Positions 27,037-37,446 of a DNA stretch of 64,000 bases are shown here, piece after piece (the first letter of the stretch is position 1; each line of letters opens with the position of its first letter). The stretch comes from Thermomicrobiales bacterium (lineage in GTDB: Bacteria; Chloroflexota; Chloroflexia; Thermomicrobiales; UBA6265), in assembly GCA_049841275.1 (NCBI GenBank), contig JASGDN010000042.1, positions 11,520 through 75,519 on the forward strand, given 5' to 3'. Under the pieces are notes generated by a model. It was not told where the DNA came from. It searched no databases and saw nothing but the letters and a program-made list of their open reading frames with translations. The translations under genes were made by a program, and so were the position numbers.

Positions 27037-28224
27037 ATGGCCATCGCAACCGCAACCACGCTTCGCCTGCCCGTCGTCGGTAGCGGGATCGAGGACTATA
27101 CGCTCGGTCCGGCCTCCCCATATGCACGGTCGTATCCCGTGCCGACGAAGCGCATCGCCTTCGCCGCTGCACATGTCGTGGCCGATCCGTTCGCCAACAT
27201 CAATCCGACGCTGGACGTCGCGATCGACTGGGATGCAACACTCGCCTACCGCCGGTCGCTATGGGCACTCGGGCTGCGCGTCGCCGAGGCCATGGACACC
27301 GCCCAACGCGGCATGGGCCTCGCCTGGGAAGCGAGCAAGGAGCTGATCGCCCGCTCGATCGCCGAGGCGAAGACGGTTGGCGGTCACGTCGCGAGCGGGG
27401 CGGGTACCGATCACCTCGCGCCCGATCCATCCCGCCCGCAACCACTGGACGAGATCGTGGCGGCGTATGAAGAGCAAGTGGGCTACGTCGAAGGACTCGG
27501 CGGCCAGGTGATCCTGATGGCAAGCCGCGCGCTCGCTGCCGCGGCGACATCGCCCGACGACTACGCCACCGTCTACGACCGCATCCTGTCGCAGGTGCGG
27601 CAACCGGTCATCATCCACTGGCTGGGCGACATGTTCGATCCAGCATTGCACGGCTATTGGGGCAGTGCCGACCTCGACGAGGCATCCGTTACCTGCGTCG
27701 ACGTAGTGCGTGCCCATGCCGACAAGGTGGACGGCATCAAGGTCTCGCTGCTGGACAAGGACCGCGAGATCGACCTGCGCCGCCGCCTGCCGGAGGGCGT
27801 ACGAATGTACACCGGCGACGACTTCAACTACGCGGAGCTGATCGCCGGGGACGAGGAAGGGTACAGCGACGCCCTGCTCGGCATCTTCGACGCAATCGCC
27901 CCTGCCGCCGGTGCGGCCTTCGCGGCCTTCGATGCCGGCGACCTCGAACGCTACCATGCGATCTTCGCGCCGACCGTTCCGCTCTCGCGCCATATCTTCC
28001 GGGCGCCGACCCGCTTCTACAAGACGGGTGTCGTCTTCATGGCGTGGTTGAACGGGCACCAGGATCACTTCCAGATGGTCGCTGGCCAGCAAAGCGCCCG
28101 TTCGCTGGTCCACCTGAGCGAGTTGTTCCGTCTTGCGGATCGCGCGAACCTGTTCCATGATCCCGAGGAAACCGCCAGCCGAATGCGTTGCTTCCTCGCT
28201 ACGTCAGGAGTCGAACAGGGATGA
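27037..28224 (+). CDS. DUF993 family protein
   Basis: 395 aa. RIAFAAAHVVADP...IDWDATLAYRRSLWALGLRVAEAMDTAQRGMGLAW is the conserved DUF993 signature as I recall it. Confidence 0.8.
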   Translation: MAIATATTLRLPVVGSGIEDYTLGPASPYARSYPVPTKRIAFAAAHVVADPFANINPTLDVAIDWDATLAYRRSLWALGLRVAEAMDTAQRGMGLAWEASKELIARSIAEAKTVGGHVASGAGTDHLAPDPSRPQPLDEIVAAYEEQVGYVEGLGGQVILMASRALAAAATSPDDYATVYDRILSQVRQPVIIHWLGDMFDPALHGYWGSADLDEASVTCVDVVRAHADKVDGIKVSLLDKDREIDLRRRLPEGVRMYTGDDFNYAELIAGDEEGYSDALLGIFDAIAPAAGAAFAAFDAGDLERYHAIFAPTVPLSRHIFRAPTRFYKTGVVFMAWLNGHQDHFQMVAGQQSARSLVHLSELFRLADRANLFHDPEETASRMRCFLATSGVEQG

Positions 28225-29069
28225 GTTCAACGACGCCACTGCGCAACCTCAACGAAGGCATGAAACGCCTCAGCCTCAACCAGAAGACCATCGAGAGCTG
28301 GACTGTGCCGGAGGCCATCGATGGTTGTGTCCGCCACGACGTCGAATGGATCGGCCTGTGGCGCGACAAGGTCGATGCCTACGGACTCGCCGCGAGCGCG
28401 AAGGCCGTGCGAAATGCCGGACTCAAGGTCTCCAGCAATTGCCGCGGCGGCCTGTTCCCGTCCACGGACGCCGATGACCGCGCCGACCGGATCGAGGACA
28501 ACAAGCGCGCGATCCATGAGGCAGCCGAACTCGGCGCCGAGATGCTCGCGATCGTCGGGGGAGGCCTGAACGGCGTGCAGGACCCGGACGAGGCCCGGAA
28601 GATGATCGTCGCTGGGATCGAGGCGATCATCCCGTATGCCGAGGCGCGAGGGGTGAAGCTGGGAATCGAACCCCTTCACCCCGCGCTCGCACAGGACCGG
28701 TCCCTGGTCAGCTCGATGAAGTACGCAAACGACCTCGTCGAGCATTTCAACCACCCGAACGTCGGCCTGATCGTGGATGTCTTCCACGTCTGGTGGGACC
28801 CGTTCCTCTACGAGGAAATCGCTCGGGCGGGCAGCAAGATCATCGCCTTCCACGTCGATGATGTTCCGGTTCATTTCACGGACGTGCTGATGAATCGCAT
28901 GATGATGGGCGACGGTGTCTGCCAGATCCGGCGGATGCGGGAGGCCGTCGATGCCGCAGGCTACACTGGCCCGATCGAGGTGGAAATCTTCAACCAGGAC
29001 ATCTGGGATCGCGACGGCGACGCCGTGATGCGCGAGATGAAGGAACGCTTCCTCGACCACGTCCTGTAA
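28221..29069 (+). CDS. sugar phosphate isomerase/epimerase (xylose isomerase-like TIM barrel)
   Basis: The ATG at 28221 overlaps the DUF993 stop (ATGA). AP_endonuc_2-type barrel (…LGIEPLHP…VGLIVDVFHVWWDP…GDGV…EVEIFN). Confidence 0.85.
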   Translation: MSSTTPLRNLNEGMKRLSLNQKTIESWTVPEAIDGCVRHDVEWIGLWRDKVDAYGLAASAKAVRNAGLKVSSNCRGGLFPSTDADDRADRIEDNKRAIHEAAELGAEMLAIVGGGLNGVQDPDEARKMIVAGIEAIIPYAEARGVKLGIEPLHPALAQDRSLVSSMKYANDLVEHFNHPNVGLIVDVFHVWWDPFLYEEIARAGSKIIAFHVDDVPVHFTDVLMNRMMMGDGVCQIRRMREAVDAAGYTGPIEVEIFNQDIWDRDGDAVMREMKERFLDHVL

Positions 29070-29070
29070 C

Positions 29071-29146
29071 GAGGAGTGAGGGCCGAGAAGTGTGAAACGA
29101 GGAGAAACGGTTCGCCCCCTCGTTTCTCATTTCTCGGCCCTCACTG
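29071..29146. terminator. compound bidirectional terminator hairpin; palindromic element family B
   Basis: AGTGAGGGCCGAGAA (29075-29089) pairs with TTCTCGGCCCTCACT (29131-29145). The inner stem is GAAACGAGG (29094-29102) with CCTCGTTTC (29118-29126). It lies between the convergent isomerase and ispG genes. Confidence 0.65.
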
Positions 29147-30316
29147 CTACACCGCCGTGAGGGTGATCATCGGCTTGTAGGCGCTCTCCGGCTCGTCGAA
29201 GATGCCGTTCTTGCGATCCTCCACGACGGCGTGGATCTCCTTGGTCAGCTCGTCGAGCATGTCCTCTTCGAGGACCGTCTTCACGATCTTGCCCTTGCGG
29301 AAGATCACACCCTTGCCATTGCCGGACGCGATGCCGACATCCGCGTCGCGCGCCTCGCCGGGACCGTTCACGACGCAGCCCATGACGGCGACGCGGATCG
29401 GCTCGTCGATCTTCTCCAGCACGAGATCGACCTTGTTGGCCAGCGAGAAGAGATCGACCTCGACACGGCCGCAGGTTGGGCAGGCGATCATCGTCGCGCC
29501 CTTCTGCCGCAGTTCGAGGCTCTTCAGGATCTCGTACCCGACGAAGACCTCCTCCTTCGGATCGGTCGTCAGCGAGACGCGGATGGTGTCGCCGATACCG
29601 AGCGCGAGCAGGGTGCCAATGCCGACGCCCGAGCGAACGCTGCCCGCACGCGGCGTGCCGGCCTCGGTGACGCCGAGATGGAGGGGATAGTCGTTGTCGA
29701 GGCGAGCGAACCGCTGATAGGCCTCCAGCAACACAGGCACCTCGAAGGCCTTGAGGCTTACCTTCGTGTCATAGAAGTCGAGCTCTTCGAGGATCGCGAT
29801 GTGCCCGAGCGCGGAACGGACGAGCCATTCGGCGCGAAGCTGGACCTGGGTGGCGCCCTGTTGCGCCATCTCATCGACGAACTCCTCGGTCATCGGGGCC
29901 ACCGAGCCGAAGTTGACGCCGATGCGGATCGGCACTCCTCGCTCCTTCGCCTTGGCGACGACGGCCCGGACATGCTCCGGTTTGCGGATGTTGCCCGGAT
30001 TCAGGCGCAGGCCGTGGATGCCGGCATCGAGCGCCTTCAACGCCAGCGTGTGCTCGAAGTGGATGTCCGCGATCAGCGGAATCGGCGAGTGCGGAACGAT
30101 ATCCGGTAGGGCGGCGGCGGCGACGCGGTCCGGCACGGCGATGCGGACGATTTCCGCCCCGACATCGGCGAGTTCGCGGATCTGGGTGAGGGTGGCCTTG
30201 GGATCGCGCGTGTCGGCGGTGGCCATCGTCTGCACGCGAATCGGATACTCACCGCCGAGGGCGACATCGCCGACGTGAAGGACTCGGGTCTTGCGGCGAG
30301 GAGCTACGAGGGACAT
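29147..30316 (-). CDS. ispG: 4-hydroxy-3-methylbut-2-en-1-yl diphosphate synthase (flavodoxin)
   Basis: 389 aa. Full-length IspG/GcpE similarity (VGDVALGGEYPIRVQTM...; C-terminal CPTCGR...GCVVNGPGE 4Fe-4S cysteines). Confidence 0.95.
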   Translation of the reverse strand: MSLVAPRRKTRVLHVGDVALGGEYPIRVQTMATADTRDPKATLTQIRELADVGAEIVRIAVPDRVAAAALPDIVPHSPIPLIADIHFEHTLALKALDAGIHGLRLNPGNIRKPEHVRAVVAKAKERGVPIRIGVNFGSVAPMTEEFVDEMAQQGATQVQLRAEWLVRSALGHIAILEELDFYDTKVSLKAFEVPVLLEAYQRFARLDNDYPLHLGVTEAGTPRAGSVRSGVGIGTLLALGIGDTIRVSLTTDPKEEVFVGYEILKSLELRQKGATMIACPTCGRVEVDLFSLANKVDLVLEKIDEPIRVAVMGCVVNGPGEARDADVGIASGNGKGVIFRKGKIVKTVLEEDMLDELTKEIHAVVEDRKNGIFDEPESAYKPMITLTAV

Positions 30317-30666
30317 GGTGTGAGGATTCCTCCGTGGAGGCTGGCGACGCCAGCAGACCGATGCAACGCGGCGGTCGGGCGATCACGTTGCCCAGGACGG
30401 ACCGCACGCGGTTGTTCTCTTATGAATGATACGCCGCTTCGGGCCGCCTGTGTGTTGATCGTTCGTGAACAATTCAGCCCAGTCCAGGATTCAACGCCTG
30501 CTCCGACGACAGGGCACATCCGACACCCTGCGAACACGACACCGTATGGGGTCCGGTTGCGTGCAGGGCAAGCTCGTGCGGTTTACCGCGCTCCAGGCAG
30601 ATGCGACTCGTGTACCGCTTGGACCGCTACGGATCGAGCCTCGCCGCGAAGGCTCAAGACGTTCCG

Positions 30667-32361
30667 TCACGGCAGGAGCGGTGTCCCGCTGAAGAGCCGA
30701 TGGACATCCCCGAAGGCGATCACGAACATCAATCCGAGCAGGATCACCATGCCGGCAAGATGAACCATGCCTTCCTTCTCCGGGGCGATCTTCTTGCCGC
30801 CGCGCAGGATCTCCACAACGACGAACATCAGGCGTCCGCCATCGAGGGCCGGCAACGGCAGCAGGTTCAACACGCCGAGGCTGACCGAGATGAGCGTCGT
30901 GATCTGGAAGAGCGTCACCCACTTCGGCGCCGAAGAGCGCGTTAGCAACTCCGACGTCAACTGGCCCATGCCGACCGGACCGGTGAGTTGGTCGGTATTC
31001 ACGCCTTGGGTCGCCATCTGCTTGATGCCGCTCAGCGTACCGCTCGTGATGCCCCAGAACTGGTTCCATCCCTCCGGCACCACCTGCGCCGCCGCGACAT
31101 GCTCGTAGACATTCTGATAGGACACGCTCGTGCCGACGACGCTGAACGGATTGTCCTGTGCGGCGTTCACGCCGATGGCCTCGATCGGATTGTCCTTGTC
31201 GCCAATCTCCGGCACGGCGAGCGCGGCCGAGAGCTTCTTGCTCGTCACGGTGCCGTTCTCGTCGACATTCCGGAAATACTCGATCTGGACCGTCTTGCCG
31301 CTGGACGCGATCAACGCTTGCTGGAAGGAGACGCCGTCCGAGACCTTGACCCCGCCAATCGCGGTGATGCGGTCGCCGGGATAGAGCCCAGCTTTTGCGG
31401 CGGAAGAATTGGCGGCCACAGCCGTGAGCTGGATCGTGAACTCCGGCACCGCCAGCGATACGGTCTGCTCCTGCCCACCACGCTGGACGACCACCGGCAC
31501 GGTCCGTCCGGCGACACCTGCGAGCAGGTTCTGCGCCTGCAGCCAGGAATCGAGGCGCACGCCGTCAATCGCCACGATGCGGTCGCCAGATGCGATGCCG
31601 GCCTTCGCTGCGGGCGATGCCGCCGCCACCTCGCGGACGCTGACGGTGGAGCGGATTCCCTCTCCCATCGTGATGCCAGTGGCGCCCTGGTTGGCCGGAG
31701 GATTCTCGCGCGGGGTGACGGTGGTTGTCAGCTCCTTGCCGCCCCGGAGGATCGTCACCTCGGTCTGGCCCCCGGCATGTTGGGAGATCAGGTCGCGAAG
31801 TTGACCTGTGGATGTGATCGCGGTGCCATCGACCGCAACGATGGCGTCGCCGGGCTGCCAACCGGCATCGAACGCCGGAGAACCCTCGGCAACCTGGCCG
31901 ATGTAGATCTGGCTCGACTCCGAGGGAAGCCCCTGAAACGCGACGAGCATGACCGAGAGCCCGATCGCGACGAGGAAGTTCATCAACGGTCCAGCGATGA
32001 GGAACCAGCCGCGTTGCCATGGCGACTTGGCATTCATCGAATCCGGGCTCATGTCGTTCGCGTCCTCGCCCTTCACCCGGACGAAGCCGCCGAACGGAAT
32101 CCAGTTGAGCGACCAGAGCACGCCCCGCCAACGCCATCCCTTGGCGCGGGGCGGGATGCCGATGCCGAACTCTTCCACCGTCACCCCGACACTGCGGGCG
32201 GCGAGGAAGTGGCCAAATTCATGGGCGAGGATGAGGAATGCCAGGATGGGGATGATCAGAAGACCGAAGAGCAGGCCTTCCGAAATGTCAAACACAGGTA
32301 TCGCTCCAGATGATACGGCTGAGGCTGCAAGGACCGGCCATCGACGCATCGTCACGGCCAC
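30667..32361 (-). CDS. rseP: RIP metalloprotease RseP (M50 site-2 protease) with multiple PDZ domains
   Basis: HEFGHFLAA zinc motif in the first TM region, repeated PDZ-like segments, and the C-terminal NLLPLPALDGG motif. The start is GTG 32361 or ATG 32349. Confidence 0.9.
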   Translation of the reverse strand: MAVTMRRWPVLAASAVSSGAIPVFDISEGLLFGLLIIPILAFLILAHEFGHFLAARSVGVTVEEFGIGIPPRAKGWRWRGVLWSLNWIPFGGFVRVKGEDANDMSPDSMNAKSPWQRGWFLIAGPLMNFLVAIGLSVMLVAFQGLPSESSQIYIGQVAEGSPAFDAGWQPGDAIVAVDGTAITSTGQLRDLISQHAGGQTEVTILRGGKELTTTVTPRENPPANQGATGITMGEGIRSTVSVREVAAASPAAKAGIASGDRIVAIDGVRLDSWLQAQNLLAGVAGRTVPVVVQRGGQEQTVSLAVPEFTIQLTAVAANSSAAKAGLYPGDRITAIGGVKVSDGVSFQQALIASSGKTVQIEYFRNVDENGTVTSKKLSAALAVPEIGDKDNPIEAIGVNAAQDNPFSVVGTSVSYQNVYEHVAAAQVVPEGWNQFWGITSGTLSGIKQMATQGVNTDQLTGPVGMGQLTSELLTRSSAPKWVTLFQITTLISVSLGVLNLLPLPALDGGRLMFVVVEILRGGKKIAPEKEGMVHLAGMVILLGLMFVIAFGDVHRLFSGTPLLP

Positions 32362-32569
32362 GCGGAAGTCAGCACGCTGCTAATGGTACACCGCCCACGC
32401 GCGCGACCCGACGCCGCCAGATGGCGTGATACAATGCCGCCGCCCGGGGATCCAGACACATGCACCCCATTCCACGATTCCGGCATCTCCCCTATCATTG
32501 CCGCGAACGTACGCAGCGGCACGCCAGTGTCGTCGTCCTCCGTTTTCCTTGCGCACGAGGTGATTCGAA

Positions 32570-33691
32570 ATGATTGTCGGTGTTCCCAAAGAGGTGAAGG
32601 ATCGTGAAAGCCGCGTGTCGGTAACCCCGGCAGGCGCGCACGAATACGTGGTTCACGGTCACACGGTCCTCGTGGAGACGGATGCGGGTGCGGGCAGCGG
32701 GTTTCCGGACGCCGACTACGAGGCCGCCGGCGCCAGCATCGTGCCCACGCATGAGGGGGTCTTCGAGGCGGCGGACATGATCGTGAAGGTGAAAGAGCCG
32801 GTTCCGGCCGAATACGATCTGCTCCGCGAAGGACAGCTCCTCTTCACCTACCTTCACCTCGCGGCCGACGAGGCGCTGACCCGCGTGCTCATCGAGCGGA
32901 AGGTCCAGGCGATCGCGTACGAAACGGTCCAGCTCCCCAACCGGGCATTGCCGCTGCTCTCGCCGATGAGCGAGGTGGCCGGGCGCATGTCCGTGCAGGT
33001 CGGCGCGTACTACCTGCAGCAGACGAACGGCGGCAGCGGCGTGCTGCTTGGCGGGGTTCCAGGCGTCCCCGGAGCCGAAGTGGCAATCGTCGGCGGAGGC
33101 ATGGTAGGCGAGAATGCCGCCCACATCGCGCTTGGCATGGGCGCGAATGTCACCATCCTCGACAACAACATCGACCGCCTCCGCTTCCTCGACGAGGTCC
33201 TGCACGGCCGCATTCACACCCTGATGTCGAACAAGTTCTCGCTTTCGCAGGCTGTGGCGAAGGCCGACCTGGTGATCGGCGGCGTGCTCATCCCCGGTGC
33301 GAAGGCCCCGAAGCTGGTGACGCGCGAGATGATCGCCAGCATGCGTCCCGGCAGCGTGGTGGTGGATGTCGCCATCGACCAGGGCGGCTGTTTCGAGACC
33401 TCACGTCCGACCTCGCACAGCAACCCTGTGTTCGAGGTCGATGGTGTGATTCACTATTGCGTGACGAACATGCCCGGCGCGGTCGCCCGCACCAGCACCT
33501 TCGCCCTGTCGAACGTGACGCTGCCCTACGGCCTGGCCTTGGCCGATCGCGGACTCGCGACGGCGACGGCCGCCAATCCGGCGCTGGCCGCCGGGGTCAA
33601 CGTCCTGAACGGGCACGTCACCTATCCCGGTGTCGCCGAGGCCTTCGGGCTTCCGCTCGTCGGCCTGAAGGCAGCGATCGCGGCGGCATAA
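32570..33691 (+). CDS. ald: alanine dehydrogenase
   Basis: 373 aa. [22 protein letters not shown]..., NAD fold [24 protein letters not shown]. Confidence 0.95.
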   Translation: MIVGVPKEVKDRESRVSVTPAGAHEYVVHGHTVLVETDAGAGSGFPDADYEAAGASIVPTHEGVFEAADMIVKVKEPVPAEYDLLREGQLLFTYLHLAADEALTRVLIERKVQAIAYETVQLPNRALPLLSPMSEVAGRMSVQVGAYYLQQTNGGSGVLLGGVPGVPGAEVAIVGGGMVGENAAHIALGMGANVTILDNNIDRLRFLDEVLHGRIHTLMSNKFSLSQAVAKADLVIGGVLIPGAKAPKLVTREMIASMRPGSVVVDVAIDQGGCFETSRPTSHSNPVFEVDGVIHYCVTNMPGAVARTSTFALSNVTLPYGLALADRGLATATAANPALAAGVNVLNGHVTYPGVAEAFGLPLVGLKAAIAAA

Positions 33692-33809
33692 TCGCCCGAC
33701 ACCTGACATAATTGCATTGACCGGAGCGCGGCGGATCGCAGCATCCGTTGCGCCCATAGGTGTGCGCCCCTGAAGTTCCTGGATCGCACCTGGAAAGGAT
33801 CGTCCTGGT

Positions 33810-34766
33810 ATGGAGGATCGCATCGAGCGGTTCCTGTCCGATCTGCAATCGGAACGCGGCTTCTCCGCCAACACCATCGCCGCCTATCGGAACGATCTGC
33901 AGCAGTTCACCGCTTATGTGACGAGTCCGCCGCAGGACGACCGGATCGACGCCGTGAGTTGCTGGAACGAGCTGTCCGAGGCTCATGTGGGCACCTACGT
34001 CCTGCACCTGCGGGATCGCTCCTACGCGCCATCGACGGTCGCCCGCAAGACCGCCGCGCTGAAATCGTTCTGCCACGCGCTTCACGCCGGACAGGAGACG
34101 CCGACAGATATCGGCAAGGCCCTGAGTTCGCCGAAGGTGGAGCGGTACGTTCCGAAGGCAATCTCCGAAGCGGACATCGCGCGCCTGCTCTCGCAGCCGG
34201 GAACGGAGGGCTCGGCCAAGCCCGAGGCAGTCCGCGATCACGCAATGCTCGAAGTCCTCTATGCCACTGGCATGCGCGTCAGCGAACTCGTCGCGCTCGA
34301 CCTCCCGGACCTCGACCTCGGAGCGGGATGCGTGACCTGCGCCGGCAAGGCTGGCCGCACGCGGACCGTGCCGCTCACCCAGCGCTCGATTCACGCCGTG
34401 GATATCTACCTCCGCGACGCGCGGCCTCTGCTGGTCGTGGAGGGGGCAACCCCGCTCTTCGTGAATCATCGTGGCGGCCGCCTGACGCGGCAGGGATTCT
34501 GGCTGATCCTGAAGGGCTATGCCGAACGCGCCGGGATCGCCGATATCACGCCGCACACCCTTCGCCACTCCTTCGCGACGCATGCCGTCCGCGATGGCGC
34601 CGAACTGCGTGACGTCCAGCAACTGCTCGGTCACGTCAGCCTTGCAACCACGCAGATCTATCGCGAGTTGGCCAGCCAACCTGACGTTCCCGCCTCACCG
34701 CAGGGCACCGAGAACGCTGGACCGATCGGGAAGACCGGCGGCGCAGGTCCCGAGGGAGGCGCGTAG
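33810..34766 (+). CDS. site-specific tyrosine recombinase, XerC/XerD type
   Basis: N-terminal SAM-like domain ([23 protein letters not shown]) and a catalytic domain with [10 protein letters not shown]...[13 protein letters not shown]. Confidence 0.9.
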   Translation: MEDRIERFLSDLQSERGFSANTIAAYRNDLQQFTAYVTSPPQDDRIDAVSCWNELSEAHVGTYVLHLRDRSYAPSTVARKTAALKSFCHALHAGQETPTDIGKALSSPKVERYVPKAISEADIARLLSQPGTEGSAKPEAVRDHAMLEVLYATGMRVSELVALDLPDLDLGAGCVTCAGKAGRTRTVPLTQRSIHAVDIYLRDARPLLVVEGATPLFVNHRGGRLTRQGFWLILKGYAERAGIADITPHTLRHSFATHAVRDGAELRDVQQLLGHVSLATTQIYRELASQPDVPASPQGTENAGPIGKTGGAGPEGGA

Positions 34767-34945
34767 GCGCTCGCCGGCAATGTGACAGCCGCCGAACGCG
34801 ACGTTCCTCCCCGCACCTTCGCCCTATCGCCAGCCCGATTCACGTCCATCGCCGCACCGGTCGTGCGGCCAGAAAGCGATCGCTCATGTCTTCCGCACCC
34901 GAGAGTGCCGCCATCGACACGCAGGCCCGACCCCGCGCTGCCACA

Positions 34946-36337
34946 ATGGAGAAGATCGTCGCGCTCTCCAAACGACGAGGCTTCGTCTTTCCCGGCTCCG
35001 ACATCTATGGCGGCCTCGCGAACACCTGGGATTTCGGCCCGCTCGGCGTCGAGCTGAAGAACAACATCAAGCAACTCTGGTGGAAGACCTTCATCCACCA
35101 CCGACGCGATATGGTCGGCCTCGACGCCGGCATCCTCATGCATCCCCGTGTCTGGGAAGCGTCCGGCCACGTCGTGAACTTCAACGACCCCCTGGTGGAC
35201 TGCAAGACCTGCAAGGCCCGCTTCCGCGCCGATCACCTGCTGGAACAACGACTCGGGGTCGAGGATGCCGACGGCATGAGCGCCGAGGAGATGTCGCGCC
35301 TCATCCGCGAGGCGAACCTGCGTTGCCCGAACTGCGGAAACGCGACGCTCACCGATGCCCGCCAGTTCAACATGATGTTCAAGACGACCATCGGCCCGGT
35401 CTCGGAGACCGGCACCGAGGTCTATCTGCGGCCGGAAACGGCCCAGGGCATCTTCGTCCAGTACAAGAACATCCTCGGTTCCAGCCGCGTAAAGGTGCCG
35501 TTCGGCATCGGGCAGATCGGCAAGGCCTTCCGCAACGAGATCACGCCGGGGAATTTCATCTTCCGGGTGCTCGAGTTCGAGCAGATGGAAATCGAGTACT
35601 TCATCCATCCGGATGAGTGGGAACACCAGTTCGATGCCTGGCTGCAGGCGCAGCAGCACTGGATCGACGCGATTGGCCTCAACCCGGACTACGTCCGTGT
35701 CCGCGAGCACGCGCCAGAGAAGCTCTCCCACTATTCGAAGCGCACGGCAGACTACGAATACCTCTTCCCCGGCTCGCTCGGCTGGGGAGAGCTCTACGGT
35801 CTGGCCTATCGCACCGATTTCGATCTCCGCAGTCATCAGGAGGCGAGCGGGGTCGATCTCACCTGGTTCGACCAGGCAAACAACCGGCGGTTCCTGCCAC
35901 ATGTGATAGAACCGACCTTCGGGGTCGAACGTACGTTTATTACGGTAATGCTGGACTCCTACGACGAGGAAGAGACCGTCGACGTGAACGGCAAGCCAGA
36001 CACGCGCGTCGTGCTGCGGCTCGATCCGAAGCTGGCGCCATACAAGGCGGCTATCCTGCCGCTGGCGAAGAAGCCGGAGCTCACGAGCCTCGCCGGCGAC
36101 ATCTTCGCGGAGGTGCAGGGCGACCTCGGCGTCCTGATCGACTACGATGAAACCGGCAACATCGGCAAGCGCTATCGCCGCCAGGACGAGATCGGTACGC
36201 CGTTCTGCTTCACGGTGGACTTCGACAGCCTCGAAGATGGAGCCGTGACCGTTCGCGACCGGGACACGACGAAACAAGAGCGGATCGCAATCGGCGACGT
36301 GTCGGCCTACATCCGGGCACGGCTTCGCCAATCGTGA
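34946..36337 (+). CDS. glyQS: glycine--tRNA ligase (homodimeric GlyQS type)
   Basis: [24 protein letters not shown]... matches the GlyRS N-terminus, with class II motifs ([25 protein letters not shown]). The ORF-track start at 34886 would add 20 non-conserved residues. Confidence 0.95.
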   Translation: MEKIVALSKRRGFVFPGSDIYGGLANTWDFGPLGVELKNNIKQLWWKTFIHHRRDMVGLDAGILMHPRVWEASGHVVNFNDPLVDCKTCKARFRADHLLEQRLGVEDADGMSAEEMSRLIREANLRCPNCGNATLTDARQFNMMFKTTIGPVSETGTEVYLRPETAQGIFVQYKNILGSSRVKVPFGIGQIGKAFRNEITPGNFIFRVLEFEQMEIEYFIHPDEWEHQFDAWLQAQQHWIDAIGLNPDYVRVREHAPEKLSHYSKRTADYEYLFPGSLGWGELYGLAYRTDFDLRSHQEASGVDLTWFDQANNRRFLPHVIEPTFGVERTFITVMLDSYDEEETVDVNGKPDTRVVLRLDPKLAPYKAAILPLAKKPELTSLAGDIFAEVQGDLGVLIDYDETGNIGKRYRRQDEIGTPFCFTVDFDSLEDGAVTVRDRDTTKQERIAIGDVSAYIRARLRQS

Positions 36338-36426
36338 TAATGCGCCGTCACAGGGTTTCCAACCAACCGGTCCGGGGAGCACGTATCCTCCCCGGCCTAT
36401 GATTCCGCGAAGGATAGCGACACCGC

Positions 36427-37446
36427 ATGGCCAAGAAATCGCGTGCGAACGCCGCGCCCGGCAACCAGTCTCCTGCATCGACACCTGCCAAGGGCGCTGC
36501 TGCAGCGAATACGACGAAACAGCAATCCCGGCAGGAGTATCTGGATCGCCGGCAGCGCCGGCCCCAGGCAGTCCAGCAGAAGAAGGAAGAGCGGCTCAAG
36601 ACCTACGAGAAGAACAAGCGCAATGCACTCTGGACGAAGATCGGGTTCGGCGTGCTCGCGGTGCTCGTGCTGGCCTGGGCCGGCTGGTGGGGCTGGGGCA
36701 AGTGGCAGGTGCATCAGGTCAATGCCGAGGTGACCACCTACTTTGGCGCCGGGGACTTCGCCGGGCTGCATGAGAGTGGCGACATCCTCTACGAGGAGGT
36801 GCCGCCGGTCGGCGGTCCGCACAATGCCGTCTGGCAGAACTGCGGTTACTACAGCCTCCCGATCAACAATGTGAACGGCGCCCACGCCCTGGAGCACGGC
36901 GCCGTGTGGATCACCTACGATCCGAACCTGCCGAAGGACCAGGTCCAGCAATTGAAGGACCTGACCAAGCAGACCTACATCCTTGTCAGCCCATACCCGA
37001 ACCTGCCAGGAACGGTGGTTGCCTCGGTCTGGGGCAAGCAGATGGTGCTCGACAGCTTCGACATCGGCAAGCTGAAGACATTCATCTCGGAATACCGGCT
37101 GAATCCGGACAACACCCCGGAGCGGGGCGCGCTCTGCTCGCAAGGCACATCCGCCGTGATGCAGTCGGGCACGCCGCAGTCCGAGCCATACCACCGCGCG
37201 GACCCGTCCGGAGCGCCAATCGGTGGCGTGACTGTGGATCAGGCGACGGCCACGGCGCAGGCACGTGCAGGCGGCACGCCGGAGCCGACCACCGAAGCTA
37301 CCGAAACGCCGACGGCTGTCGTCGGCCCGGCCATGCCCGGCACGCCGGTTGCCGGTTCCAGCCCGGCCGCATCGCCCCAGACATCACCAGTGGCCAGTCC
37401 CGCGGCGTCACCGGAGGCGAGCCCCGAGGCCGGACATCATGGCTGA
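36427..37446 (+). CDS. DUF3105 domain-containing membrane-anchored protein
   Basis: Basic N-terminus, one TM helix, then PPVGGPHNAVWQNCGYY...ALEHGAVWITYDP (DUF3105 signature). The C-terminal tail is Pro/Ala/Ser-rich. Confidence 0.8.
   Translation: MAKKSRANAAPGNQSPASTPAKGAAAANTTKQQSRQEYLDRRQRRPQAVQQKKEERLKTYEKNKRNALWTKIGFGVLAVLVLAWAGWWGWGKWQVHQVNAEVTTYFGAGDFAGLHESGDILYEEVPPVGGPHNAVWQNCGYYSLPINNVNGAHALEHGAVWITYDPNLPKDQVQQLKDLTKQTYILVSPYPNLPGTVVASVWGKQMVLDSFDIGKLKTFISEYRLNPDNTPERGALCSQGTSAVMQSGTPQSEPYHRADPSGAPIGGVTVDQATATAQARAGGTPEPTTEATETPTAVVGPAMPGTPVAGSSPAASPQTSPVASPAASPEASPEAGHHG

Noticed and set aside
30560-30630. SRP (4.5S) RNA-like strings (GGTTTACC ... AGGCAGATG.CG..GTGT)
   Set aside because: The conserved domain IV core (GGAA/AGCA symmetric loop, GUCCGGAAGGAAGCAGCC) is missing.
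33690-33725. dif-like site (ACCTGACATAA TTGCAT TGACCGG) just upstream of the Xer recombinase gene
   Set aside because: Only one arm resembles the XerD half-site (TTATGTCAGGT). The opposite arm lacks the inverted TTATG/CATAA element, and part of the sequence is simply the ald stop region.
34658-36484. 608-aa minus-strand ORF
   Set aside because: It is antisense to glyQS and is a shadow ORF.
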